Shown here piece by piece: positions 52,526 through 64,000 of a DNA stretch of 64,000 bases. Positions within the stretch are counted from its first letter, which is position 1. Each line of letters opens with the position of its first letter. The stretch spans positions 258,964,545 through 259,028,544 of the forward strand of contig NC_090371.1 in the NCBI RefSeq assembly GCF_036365525.1. Direction: 5' to 3'. This DNA comes from Heterodontus francisci. Lineage: Eukaryota. Under the pieces are notes generated by a model. The model made no database searches. It had not been told where the DNA came from and saw nothing but the letters and a program-made list of their open reading frames with translations. The position numbers were made by a program, and so were the translations under genes.

Positions 52526-55500
52526 AGAATCATAGAAAGTTTTAGGCACAGAAAGAGGTCACTTGGCCCATCGTATCTGTGCCGGCCGAAAAATGATCCA
52601 CCCATGCTAATCCCACCTTCCAGCGTTTGGTCTGTAGCCCTGCAGATGACAGCACTTGAGGTGCATATCCAGACTCCTTTTGAATGAGTTGAGGGTTTCT
52701 GCCTCAAATATCCTTTCAGGCAGTGAGATCCAGACCCCCACCACCCTCTGGGTGAAAATGTTTTTCCTTAACTCCCCTCTAATTTTTCTACTAATCACTT
52801 TAAATCTATGACCCCTTGTCACTGACCTCCCTGCTAAGGTAAATAGGCCCTTCACCTCCACGCTATCCAGGCCCCTCACAAATTTGTACATTTCAATCAG
52901 TTCTCCCCCCAACCTTCTCTGTTCCAAGGAGAACAACCCCAGCCCATCCAATCTTTTCTCATAGCTGCATTTTTCCAGTCCTGGCAACATCCTCGTAAAT
53001 CTCTTCTGTACCCTGTCTAGTGCAATTACATCCTTTCTGTAATGAGGTGACCAAACTACACCTCAAGTTGTGGCCTAACCAATGAGTTATACAGTTCCAA
53101 CATAACGTCTCTGCTCTTACATTCTATACCTCGGCTAATAAAGGAAAGGATTCCATATGCCTTCTTAACCATCTTATCACCTGTCCTGCTACCTTCAGGG
53201 ATCTGTGGACATTCACTCCGAGGTCCCTCATTTCCTCTACACTGCTCAGTATTTTCCCATTAATCATGTATTCCTCTGCCTTGTTTGACCTCCCCAAATG
53301 CATCACCTCACATTTCTCCAGGTTGAATTCCATTTGCCACTTTTCTGCCCATCTGGCCAGACCATCAATATCTTCCTGCAGCCTACAGCTATCCTCCTCA
53401 CGATCTACCACATGGCCAATCTTTGTGTCATCTGCAAACTTCTTGATCATTCCCCCTACATTTATGTCTAAATCGTTAATATCTACCACAAAAAGCAGGG
53501 GATCCAGTACTGAGTCCTGTGGAACGCCACTGGAAACAGCTCTCCAGTCGCAAAAACACCAGTCAACAATTACCCTTTGTTTCCTGCCACTGTATCAATT
53601 TTGTATCCACTTTGCTGCGTTTCCCTGGATCCCATGGGATTTTATTTTTTTAATCAGTCTGCCATATGGGACCTTGCCAAAAGCCTTGCTAAAATCCATG
53701 AGGACCACATTTACTGCACTACCCTTATCTATCTTCCTTGTTACTTCTTCAAAAAATTCGATCAAGTTGGTCAGACAAATCCATTAACAAATCCATGCTG
53801 ACTAACCTTGATTAACCTGTGCCTTTCTAAGTGACAGTTTATCCTGTCTCTCAGAATAGGTTCCAATAATTTACCCATTACTAAGGTTAGACTGACTGGC
53901 CTGTAATTATTTGGTCTAGCCCCTTCTCCCTTTTTAAATAGAGGTACAATGTTAGCAGTCCTCCAATCCTTCAGCACCACAGCTGTATCCAGTAATGACT
54001 AGAAAATGATGGACAGACCTTCTGCTATTTCCTCTCTTGCTTTTTTTAACAGTCTGGGGTATATTTCATCCTGCTCTGATGATTTATCAACTTTCAAGGA
54101 TGCTAATCCCATTAATACTTCCTCCTCACTATGTTTATCACATCCAATATTTCACACCCCTCTTCCTGAACTATAATATCTGCATTGTGCCCCTCTTTTG
54201 TGAAGACAGACGCAAAGTAGTCATTAAGAACGATATCAACATCTTCAGCCCCTATACATAGGTTAGCCTTTGGTCTTTTATGGGCCCTACTCTCTCCTTA
54301 GTTATCCTCTTATTCTTAATGTATTGATAAAACATCTTTGGGTTCACCTTGATTTTTCTTGCTAATATTCTTTCATGCCCTCTCTTTGCTTTCCTAATTT
54401 CCTTTTTTATTTTACCCCTCCACTTCCTATACTCCTCTTGGCTTTCTGTAGTATTGAGTTCTCAGTGTCAGACAAAAGCTTTCCTTTTCTGTCTCATCTT
54501 ATCCTGTAAGCTCCTTGACATCCATGGGGCTCTATGTTTGGCCGTCTCACTGTTTTTCTTTGTGGGAACATGTTTGCTCTGAACCCCTTGAATCTCCCCT
54601 TTGAATGCCTCCCACTGCGCTGACACTGATTTACCTTCAAGTAGCTGTTTCCAGTCCACTTTCGCTAAATCACTCCTCAGTTGAGTAAAATTGGACTTGC
54701 CCCAATTGAGAATTCTAACTCCTGTTCGATCTCTGTCCTTTTCCATAATTATGTTAAAACTGACTGATTTATGATCACTACCACCAAAATCCTGTCCCAC
54801 TGCCAGTCCTTCCACCTGCCCATCTTCATTTCCTAAAACAAAGTCTAAAACTGTGCCCACTCTTGTTGGACTTGCTACATACTGGTCAAAAAAGTTCTCC
54901 TGAATGCACCTCAAGAATTCTGCTCCCTCAATTCCTTTCACACTAAAACTATTCCAGTTAATATCGGGGTAGTTAAAATCCCTTACTATTACTTCCCTAT
55001 TGTTCTTGTGCTTCTGAGATTTGCCTACATATCTGCTCTTATATCTCCCCTGACTGTTTGGGGAGTGTAGTACACTCCCAGCAGTGTGATTGCCTCTTTT
55101 TTGTTCCTTAGCTCAATCCATATGGCCTCTTTTGATGAACATTCCAACATATCATCCCTCCTCACAGCCGTAATAGTTTCTTTGACCAAAATTTTCACTC
55201 CTCCTCCTTTCTTAACCCATCCCTATCGCGTCTGAAAACCCTGTAACCAGGAACGTTCAGCTGCTATTCCTGTCCCTCCTTAAGCCATGTTTCTGTAATA
55301 GCTATGGTATCATACTGCCACGTGTCTGTCTGTGCCCTCAGCTTATCTGCTTTATTTGCGATACTCCTTGCATTGAAATAGATACTCTTGAGCACTGCCA
55401 AACTTTTTTTTCTAACCTTTGTTTCCTCTGTCTTCCAGACTCATCCATTAATTTTCTGCCTTCCATTTCCATTTCTGATTTTGTCCCAACTGAGTCTATC

Positions 55501-55897
55501 CTCAGATCCCCATCCTCCTGCCAAACTAGTTTAAACCCTCCCCAACCGCACTAGCAAAACATCCCGCAAGGAACTCAGTCTCATCTCTGTTCAGGTGCAA
55601 CCCGTCTGCCTGTACAGGTCCCATCTCCCCCAGAGCCGGTCCCAATGTCCCAGGAATCTAAATCCCTGCCCCCTGCACCATTTTTCTAGCCACACATTCA
55701 TCTGTCTTATCCATCTATTTCTATACTCACTTGTGCGTGGAACTAGGAGTAATCCAGAGATTACTACTTTTGAGATTTTGCTTGCTAATTTCTTACCTAG
55801 CTCCCTAGATTTTGACTGTAGGACCACATCCCGCTTTCTACTTATGTCGTTGGCTCCGATGTGGACCACGACTGCTAGCTGTTCACCCTCCTCCTTC
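52526..55897 (-). mobile_element. Long CR1 LINE: ORF1 SGNH esterase remnant (about 55590-55895) plus disrupted APE-RT ORF2
   Basis: VVHIGANDI...VVISGLL in ORF1; FLRCIQENFFDQYV, GSDH and FADDTKIG in ORF2; same subfamily as 41155-43063. Confidence 0.95.
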
Positions 55898-56005
55898 AGG
55901 ATGAGGGAGAACTAACAGCAAAATGTGAGGTGAAATACGTAAAAGAATGGGGCACTACATTGATAAGTTGTTCATGCAATTGGACATGGAACTTGTAACA
56001 TGTTT

Positions 56006-56102
56006 CCCTTTCGTGAAACCAGAAAATAATCTTTCTGGGAGGGCTAGCTAGCCCTTCTGACTTTCCAAGTTGTATTGCAATATGTGACTTCTTCACTAAG
56101 TG
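56006..56102. repeat. 97-bp direct repeat, copy A (copy B at about 56835-56934)
   Basis: The two copies align by eye over their full length. Confidence 0.85.
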
Positions 56103-56518
56103 GCAATTGTGGCACTTTTGAGACAAAGGTGTTTTCATCTTTGTTATTTGTGGCACCTTTTCATTGCAATGGAGTGGGTGAACTACATTTGCTTCACTCC
56201 CACTTCCATTCATAAACAGTTAATGAGGTATATATTTCTTGTCTCAGAGAAACATTTTTTCCAGAACAATCTTCAGAGTCTTACTTTGTGTCTCAGAACT
56301 GCTCATGATCCACTGGAGAGAAAATTAAATTTGAATTGCAAATGCATTTGTCCAACGTACATCTAATTGATCCAGTTTGGTAAAGGTGTAATAAAATGCT
56401 GCATGAACGGATATTGTAGGGCAATAAAGAGCTTGGAAGTAGCCAAACAAGTTAAATGTTTTCACTGATCTGACTGTTTTGGCTGAAATTGGCACATTTT
56501 GGTCCACAAGCGTAGAGG

Positions 56519-57155
56519 GGCCAGAACTTCATGGCCCTTCTAGTGCATTTCTGGTAATGTCGGGTCTCAGCCTTATGTCAAAGTTCTCGAGCTACCTGTT
56601 AGGATTGGAGCCTCCACCCACCCTAAATGAACTCATCGATGTAGGAGAGGCTAGGATACAGGAGCTCCAGTATCACTGGGCTCTCAGGGACCCAGTGTAT
56701 CCTTGGCAATTGGTAGACTCAGTGAAAGCAGGCATGCCAGCTGCTTCCTTGGCAGGAGGGGGGCCCAGATGGTGCCCTGGCCTCGGTTGCAATCCGAAGT
56801 ATTTTATATTAATTACAAACAAGAATTAGGAGGCCCCTTTAGTGAAATTAGAAAATAATCTTTCTGGGAGGACTAGCTAGTCCCTGCTAGACTTTCCAAA
56901 GCTGTGTTGCAATATGCAACTTCTTCACTAAGTGACTGTCCCAGATGCATCCCTAATGGTATGGGTACCTGCCATTTATATATAAATAGAGGAGCCTCCC
57001 CGACCCGGCGATCTTCAGCAGTTTCACAACCAGAAGACTCAGGCATTTAAACAGGGAAGCGGCCGGCACAGTTTAGGACGTCATCCAAGTGGCAGCTGTT
57101 CTTGCATGGATCTGGACAGAGCGCTGAATTCTCCTCTTCAGGGCAGAATTCTGGC
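56519..57155. mobile_element. Probable degraded MITE
   Basis: Imperfect TIRs GGCCAGAACTT / AGAATTCTGGC; GC-rich body. Confidence 0.4.
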
Positions 57156-57169
57156 ATGGTCAGAGGCTG

Positions 57170-57655
57170 CGGAGGAGAATTACTAGAAAGATTCCAGGGA
57201 TGAGGGACTTCGACAATGTGGGGAGACTAAAGAAGCTGACATTGTTCTCCTTACAGCAGAGATGGCTAAGGGGCCAATTTAACAGAGGTGCTCTAAATTA
57301 TGAGGGGTTTTGATAGAGTAGGTAAAGAGGAAATGTTTCCCCACGAATGGGAGGATCAATACATAACCAGGGGTCATAGATTTAAGATTATTGGCAGAAG
57401 AACCAGGGGAGATGAGGAGAATTTTTTAATGCAATGAGTTTTTGTGATCTAGAATGCACTGGCTGAAAGTGTGGTGGAAGCAGATTCAAACATAAATTTC
57501 AAAAGGGAATTGGATTTATATTTGAAAAAGAAAAATGTGCAGGGACGTGAAGAAAGAGCAGGGGTTTGAGATCAATTGGATAGCTCTTTCAAAGATACAG
57601 CACAGGCAGGATGGGTTGAATGACCTACTTCTGTTCTGTAAATTTCCATGATTCT
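57170..57655 (+). mobile_element. Old CR1 3' fragment
   Basis: Similar to the CR1 3' ends elsewhere in the window (TRGHRFKI). Confidence 0.75.
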
Positions 57656-58376
57656 GCCAGCCCCTCCCAATCTCCCCTGGCCTTCTCCTAATTCATTCGG
57701 TTGAGATAATTCGTTATGCGCTGGTGGGATCCCAGCAGGATTCAAGCCACCAAGGGGAAATCCACCAGAGCAAAAACCCTCTTCCTCCACTCAATGACCT
57801 AGTGGCCTCTACCACCACTTCATGGGGCCTAAGGCAAACATCCACATGGCAACCACGCAAAGCCGCAGTAATGGGGGTACTGGTAAAGAAAATATTTTGG
57901 GGGCCCAGGCCCCACTGCTTGCCTCTATTTGTATGTGGTGAGTGAGGAATGAGTGACCATCAGCGGTTTTGGTGAAGGTGATCCAGGTTAGTTGGTGAAG
58001 TGGCAGCAGGCCTCAGCACCCGAATTTGTCCTCATTCTCCATTGTGATTCACCCACTTTTGTGCAGGATCACAGAGGAGGTTCCAGCCTAGAGAATGATA
58101 GATGCCTTTTAATTGCAGGTTGCATTATAGCTTAAGCCAATATTATCATTTGGGAGTAAATGAAGGCTGTGAGGAAGGGCTTGGGTAACACCAAGTCATT
58201 AGGATACAGCCTTTTCATTGTTGCTGTACAAATATAACGCAGCCAAATGGAATCAAAATATCTTCTCATTGCTTGCTGTAAGGTTCCTATGTTCAAATGT
58301 GTCTGACCAGTTTCAGTCCAGTTCCTGGTGACAATAAGCACACTAAACAAAATGGGCACTCTCAATCAGACATAAT

Positions 58377-59400
58377 GGGCTGAATTTTATCTGTCCCATA
58401 TAGACTGGAAGGCAGGGGGGCAGACAAAATGGTGTGGGGTGCCGTCTAGCGGCGTGCCCAAAGTTGTCCTGCCCCTGTGCCATTTTGTCCTTGGCGGGCA
58501 CTGTGGAGGATGGGAAGTCTGCTGTGAGGCCAATTAAGGGCCATTTAAGAGCTACCTCTATAATGTCGTGTAATATTGATTTCACCTTTAAGAAACCGTA
58601 CCTTTAGGAGACCAGCCCACTGATGCAACTGATGATATCATCAGACATATATAAGGAGGAGACACCATTTTGAGAGACACACTCAACGCATGGCTTGCAG
58701 AGAGCATACACACCAGTGTGGAAAAGACCTGGAATCATGCAATGTACATATGTAAGACAATAAATAGTGTTTGTGTTGAATCTGAATATAGAACCTGCGG
58801 TTACCATTTAATGAAGAATTAAGAACACAGCACAAAACTACAGCCTCCTGCCTCCGCTGACATTTAGCCAATGTTGGAGGGGCCGGCTGCATGTGGAGAC
58901 ACCACCAGGTAAAACCTGATAACGTCTTAGAGAGCTTGGTGGGGGGGGACCTTCCTACCCGCCACTCTGTGGCTCGCAGATGGCCTCCTCCGGCAGCAAG
59001 GGCCTCCCTCTGCTGAAAGACCACTCCTGCCCTCAGTAACAACTCCCTCGCACCACCCTCCACCACACACCACTCAGACAGGCCCTGGTGAGTCCAACCC
59101 CACTCCTCTGTCTTCTGGGGCCTCCTCCATGGCTGCTGCTCTGGGCCTCCTGCAGTAACAGCAGGAGCACTACTGGGACTGCTGAGTTGCTGGCCCTCTG
59201 ATTGGTCAGCAGCTCGGGGTGGGATCTTGTTCTTTGAAGGGGATGGTATCCCCAATGATGGGCATTTAATTGCTTACCTGCCATTGAATATAGCTGGGGG
59301 TGCGATAAAGAGCTGAGATGGTGTCGCCTCCCTCCCTGCCTTCCCCTCCAGCCTCCCGGCCTGTCGCTGGGGCCCCTGCCGCTGAAATAAAATCCAGCCC
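58377..59400. mobile_element. Harbinger-type MITE, 1024 bp
   Basis: TIRs GGGCTGAATTTTAT / ATAAAATCCAGCCC; perfect AAT TSD. Confidence 0.9.
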
Positions 59401-62118
59401 AATCAGTTTGTTTGTTGTACGATGTGGAAGAATAAACATTGGTGCAGCAGGAGTGCTATTTCGAGAGTCTATTGCCAGGAATTTCCTTGCAACTGCTCCC
59501 ATTTTGTTGGCGTTACCTTGCTGGAAGTGCAGCGGAAATCATGTTTATGCGAATAAATGGGGTTTCTACTGCATATATGGTGAAGTAATGCCAATGGAGC
59601 GGGTGCACCTCCAAGGAATTTTCCTCTATACTTGTGCTGAAAGTGCTTCATACTGACAATAAATTCTGCTCCACGACACTGGCATTGCTTGCCTTGATGA
59701 GTACGAAAACGTCACTCGCAAAATCCCAAGGCAATGAATATTTTTCCACTGAAGGATTGTTGGTCCCTTAGTGGTGTATCAGTAGTCTACATCTCAGAAA
59801 GGCTTGTGCCTATGATTCCTTAATGCAGTAGGGTCTGGATCTGAGCTCCACAATTGGAAAGGGGCTGGTGGCACAGTAGTTGACATCAAATAGAGATCTG
59901 ATGCTTCCCTACAGGGTTGGAGGTAAGATCACATGGTGTGTTAACCTTTTCTGACCTCTCACATCTTCTAGAGACACTTATGGAGTATCACTGACATTGG
60001 CATGGGTATGAGGTAGGTGCTTACTCTTGCAGCAGGTGAATATAAAAGGAGAGAGAGTGAAAGTGAAGGAAACAAATAATGAAGTAAACAGAGCATTTTT
60101 TTTAATTGACAATGTTTTGTTACATTTTATATTTAGCCTAAACTCATGGGTTTAGGGACATTTTTGAGGGAATGGTTGTTGTGCAGAAATTACAGTCATG
60201 GAGGTGAAGGATGAACGTTAATAGAATTCTCATCACATTTACAACAGTCAGACAATAATATCTAAGGTAAATATTTTTCTGCTGCTACACTGGAAAAATA
60301 TAGTGAATCCTTTCCAGTCCATGAATTTGTTCAATAGGGGGCTTCATCAATTCACACTGGCAGCTATTTGCAGTGCTTATCAGTTGGTTTCACTGATTAT
60401 TTTTCTCGTTTGTAGCTCAGCTCTCCAGGCTAGGCTGACATATTATAAAGACGTCATTTAGTGATTTGACATGTTTGCTGTTTCTGGGCTTCTGGCTTAT
60501 TCAAACTGAACTTAGACAGAAAATAGAAAGCCTCTTTACCATCACAGAATAACGAGGCCCAAGTAATCTCTTAACTTGCTCAGATAACTTAATTTTGTTT
60601 ATCAATACGCTTTAGATTTGTCATACCCTTCCCCTTTTTCATCTCCCATCTCTTAATTCAGTTCTCCTTTTATATCTGTTTCTCTCTCTAATTCTCCTCT
60701 GTCGGAGCCAGTGGGGAGCTATTTCTATTGTCATTGAAGACAATGATCTTTCATAGCCAGGCTGAGAAATTTTAAAAAAATCTTTGAGGGATGTTTGTTT
60801 CTTTTCCAACACTTTTTAGCGGTCACTTTTATCATTCCCTTACTGACCCAGCTAAGAACTAATGAACCTCCAGGGAGTCAAAGTGCTGTTGGACTGAAAA
60901 AGTTGTCCTTATGCCTCAGGTGCACCGCATTGAATACACTCCAGGCAGAGTTCCTTCCTTTTGATGGATGCAGGATTTCCTTTTTATACCTTCCCCCTCC
61001 TTTCCCCCCAACCCACCCACACACCTTTCACCATCACCAGAGTAAACCAGGTACAGGTTTCAATCGGGCTGTGACATTCTGCTGTCAATCTGGGTATGTC
61101 CGCAACACAGTGAACAGCCTGGAACAGCTCAGGCTGTTTTGATTATTAACGCTAAACACTGCAATATTGGTGTGAACGTGAGGTCAGCAGCTAAACATAT
61201 TTGAATTATTCAATATGACAGATGTTCAAAAACTGATGTTTTTAGTTGCTGCAGTTTTACGAGAACTAGTGGATTGATACACCAATGCACGTCAAGAGAT
61301 TTTACAGCATTAAACGTTAGCTCACAAAGTAAATGTGGCAGAGGACATATCTCCTTTACAGCCTCCAGTGTTGCTGCCAAAACTATTACTGTGGTGCTCA
61401 GTTGTTACCAAGAGCCAAGGTATTGACGCTAGCTCTACACAGGAATGAACTCTATTCCAACAGGGGACCCACATGTCAACAATTAGACACTGGCGGTCCT
61501 TTGAGTAAATAATATTATGTACATGAAAATTTAAAAGAAATTAAGGTTGTATAACAAAACAAAACAGCATGGTATTGTGTATAAACAGTATCATTGGTCT
61601 TGATCCCATGATTGCTATACCACTGAGTTCCTGGTCCAAAGTCTTTCACTGCTGGGAAGTGCAGGGCATCACCAACTGTCTTGCAGAATTTTCTAGTTGC
61701 TTGATCAACATGGCATTATAGGAACACTCCTGATTGCTGTTGGTGGAATAAAATAGAGAAAATTACTTTAAAAAGGAAAAGAGGCTTTTCTACCTTACTG
61801 AGGGCATGCTCCTCTGCAATCTCGCCTAAAATTGGATGGGTTTGTGGCATAGCAGGGGTGGTGTTAGCCTTGCAGGGGTCTTGTGCAAAGTTTTAGTTTG
61901 GGGCCGCTACTTACAAAATACTGCCAACTTAATTGGGTGTCAAATCCTCTTGGGTCCTAGACTGTCTTGACACCCCATGCAAATTTGCATGTTGCATGGT
62001 CCTGACACTACCTTTGTGGCAGAGAAATAGGAAAAATTCAGTCGTTGAGGCCTATTGCCGCCTCATTGTCTTGACGGAGATATCTCTCCCCATCCCCGCC
62101 AACAAAGACACTTGCAGA

Positions 62119-64000
62119 GGCAGTGGCATAGTGGTAATGTCAGTGGGCTAGCAATTCAGAGGCCCAGGCTATTGCTCTGGGGACATGGGTTCCCAAATCC
62201 CACTAAGGCAGCTGGTGGAATTTAAATTGAATTAATAAATCTGGAATTAAAAAGCTAGTCTCAGTAATGGTGACCATGAATCGCTTTTTGTAAAAACCCA
62301 TCTGGTTCACTAATGCCCTTTAGGGAAGGAAATCTGCCGTCCTTACCTGGTCTGGCCTACATATGATTCCAGACCCTCAGTGATGTGGTTGACTCTTAAA
62401 TGCCCTCTGAAATGGCCTAGCAAGCCACCCAGTTGTACTGCTAGCGAAAAATCTAAAAACAATGAAACCAGACGAATCACCTGGCATCGACCGAGACACT
62501 GGAAACGACAACAGCACACAGGGTCCTGTCGACCCTGCAAAGTCCGCCTGACTAACGTCTGGTGGCATGTGCCAAAATTGGGAGAGCCGTCCCACAGACT
62601 AGACAAGCAACAGCCTGACATAGTCATAATAATGGAATCATACCTTACAGACAATGTCTCAGACACCACCATCACTATTCCTGGGTCTGTCATGCCAGTG
62701 GGACAGGGCATACCATCAGAGGTGGCGGCATAGTGATATAGTTCTGTTGGGAGTTGCCCTGGGAGTCCTCAACATTGACTCCAGACCCCATGAAGTCTCA
62801 TGGCATCAGATCAAACATGGGCAAAGAAACCTCCTGCTGATTACCACCTATTGGCCCCACCACCACATCCACCCCTCAGCTGATCAATCAGTACTCCTCC
62901 ATGTCAAACACCACTTGGAAGAAGCACTGAGGGTGGCAAGGGCACAGAATGTACTCTGGGTGGGGAACATCAATGTCCATCACCAAGAGTGACTTGGTAG
63001 CACCACTACTGGCTCAGTTCTGAAGGACATAGCTGCTAGACTGGGTCTGTGGCAGGTGGTGAGGAAGCCAACAAGAGGGAAAAACCTACTTGACCTCATC
63101 CTCAGCAATCTACCTGTCACAGATGCATCTGTCCATGACAGTATTGGTAGGAGTGACCACCGCACAGTCCTTCTGGAGATGAAGTGTCATCTTCACATTG
63201 AGGATACTGTCCATCGTGTTGTGTGGCACTACGACCGTGCTCAATGGGATAGATTTTGAACAGATCTAGCAACTCAAAACTGAGAATCCATGAGGCGCTG
63301 TGGGCCCTCAGCAGCAGCAGAATTGTATTCACCCACAATCTGTAACCTCACAACCCGGCATATCTCCCACTGTACCATTGCCATCAAGCTGAGGGATCAA
63401 CCCTGGTTCAATGAAGAGTGCAGGAGGGCATGCAAGGAGCAGCACCAGGCATACCTAAAAATGAGGTGTCAACCTGGTGAAGCTACAACACAGGACTACT
63501 TGCATGCCAAACAGCGGAAGCAGCTTGCAATATACAGAGCTAAGCAATCTCACAACCAACGGATCAGATCTAAGCTCTGCAGTCCTGGAAAATCCAGTCA
63601 TGAATGGTGGTTGACAATTAAACAACTAACAGGAGGAGGAGGCTCCACAAATATTCCCATCCTTAATGATGGGGGAGCCCAGCACATCAGTGCAAAAGAC
63701 AAGGCTGAAGCATTTGCAACAACCTTCAGCCAGAAGTGCTTAGTGGATAATCCATCTCAGCCTCCTCCTGAGGTCCCTAGCCAGCACAGATGCCAGTCTT
63801 CAGCGAATTCAATTCACTCCACGTGATATCAAGAAATGGCTGAAGGCACTGGATACTAGAAAGGCTACGGGCCCTGTCAACATTCCGGCAATAGTACTGA
63901 ACACTTGTGCTTTAGAACTGGCCGTGCCCCGAGCCAAGATGTTCTAGTACAGCTACAACACTGGTGTCTACCCAACAATGTGGAAATTGCCCAGCTATGT
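62119..64000 (+). mobile_element. tRNA-headed CR1-clade LINE (5' UTR, APE and linker), runs off the window end
   Basis: A box TGGCATAGTGG at 62124 and degenerate B box at 62187-62201; APE motifs PDIVIIMESYL, VGNINVHH, PTRGKNLLDLIL, IGRSDH; QPWFNEEC; KATGP. No ORF1 visible. Confidence 0.88.

Overview
Vertebrate genomic DNA, most likely from a cartilaginous fish (inferred from HE1-like V-SINE, SacSINE1-like DeuSINE and CR1 content). I could not identify any host protein-coding gene. The window is a gene desert or large intron made mostly of decayed, nested transposable elements: two RTE LINEs, several CR1 LINEs, an L2 fragment, a tRNA-headed CR1-clade LINE plus a matching bipartite SINE, four Penelope-like insertions carrying minimal hammerhead ribozyme motifs, a deleted Gypsy/Ty3 element with three nested insertions, an ORF-less LTR element with a tRNA-Arg primer binding site, solo LTRs, five Harbinger-type MITEs, and relics of a CGGBP1-like hAT transposase and a Harbinger Myb/SANT gene. 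Most predicted ORFs are TE fragments or spurious. I found no convincing new biological system. The best leads are the hammerhead-bearing Penelope mini-insertion, the Pol III-headed LINE/SINE pair and a 97-bp repeat with a covarying palindrome. All family names come from recognising sequence by eye, not from database searches.
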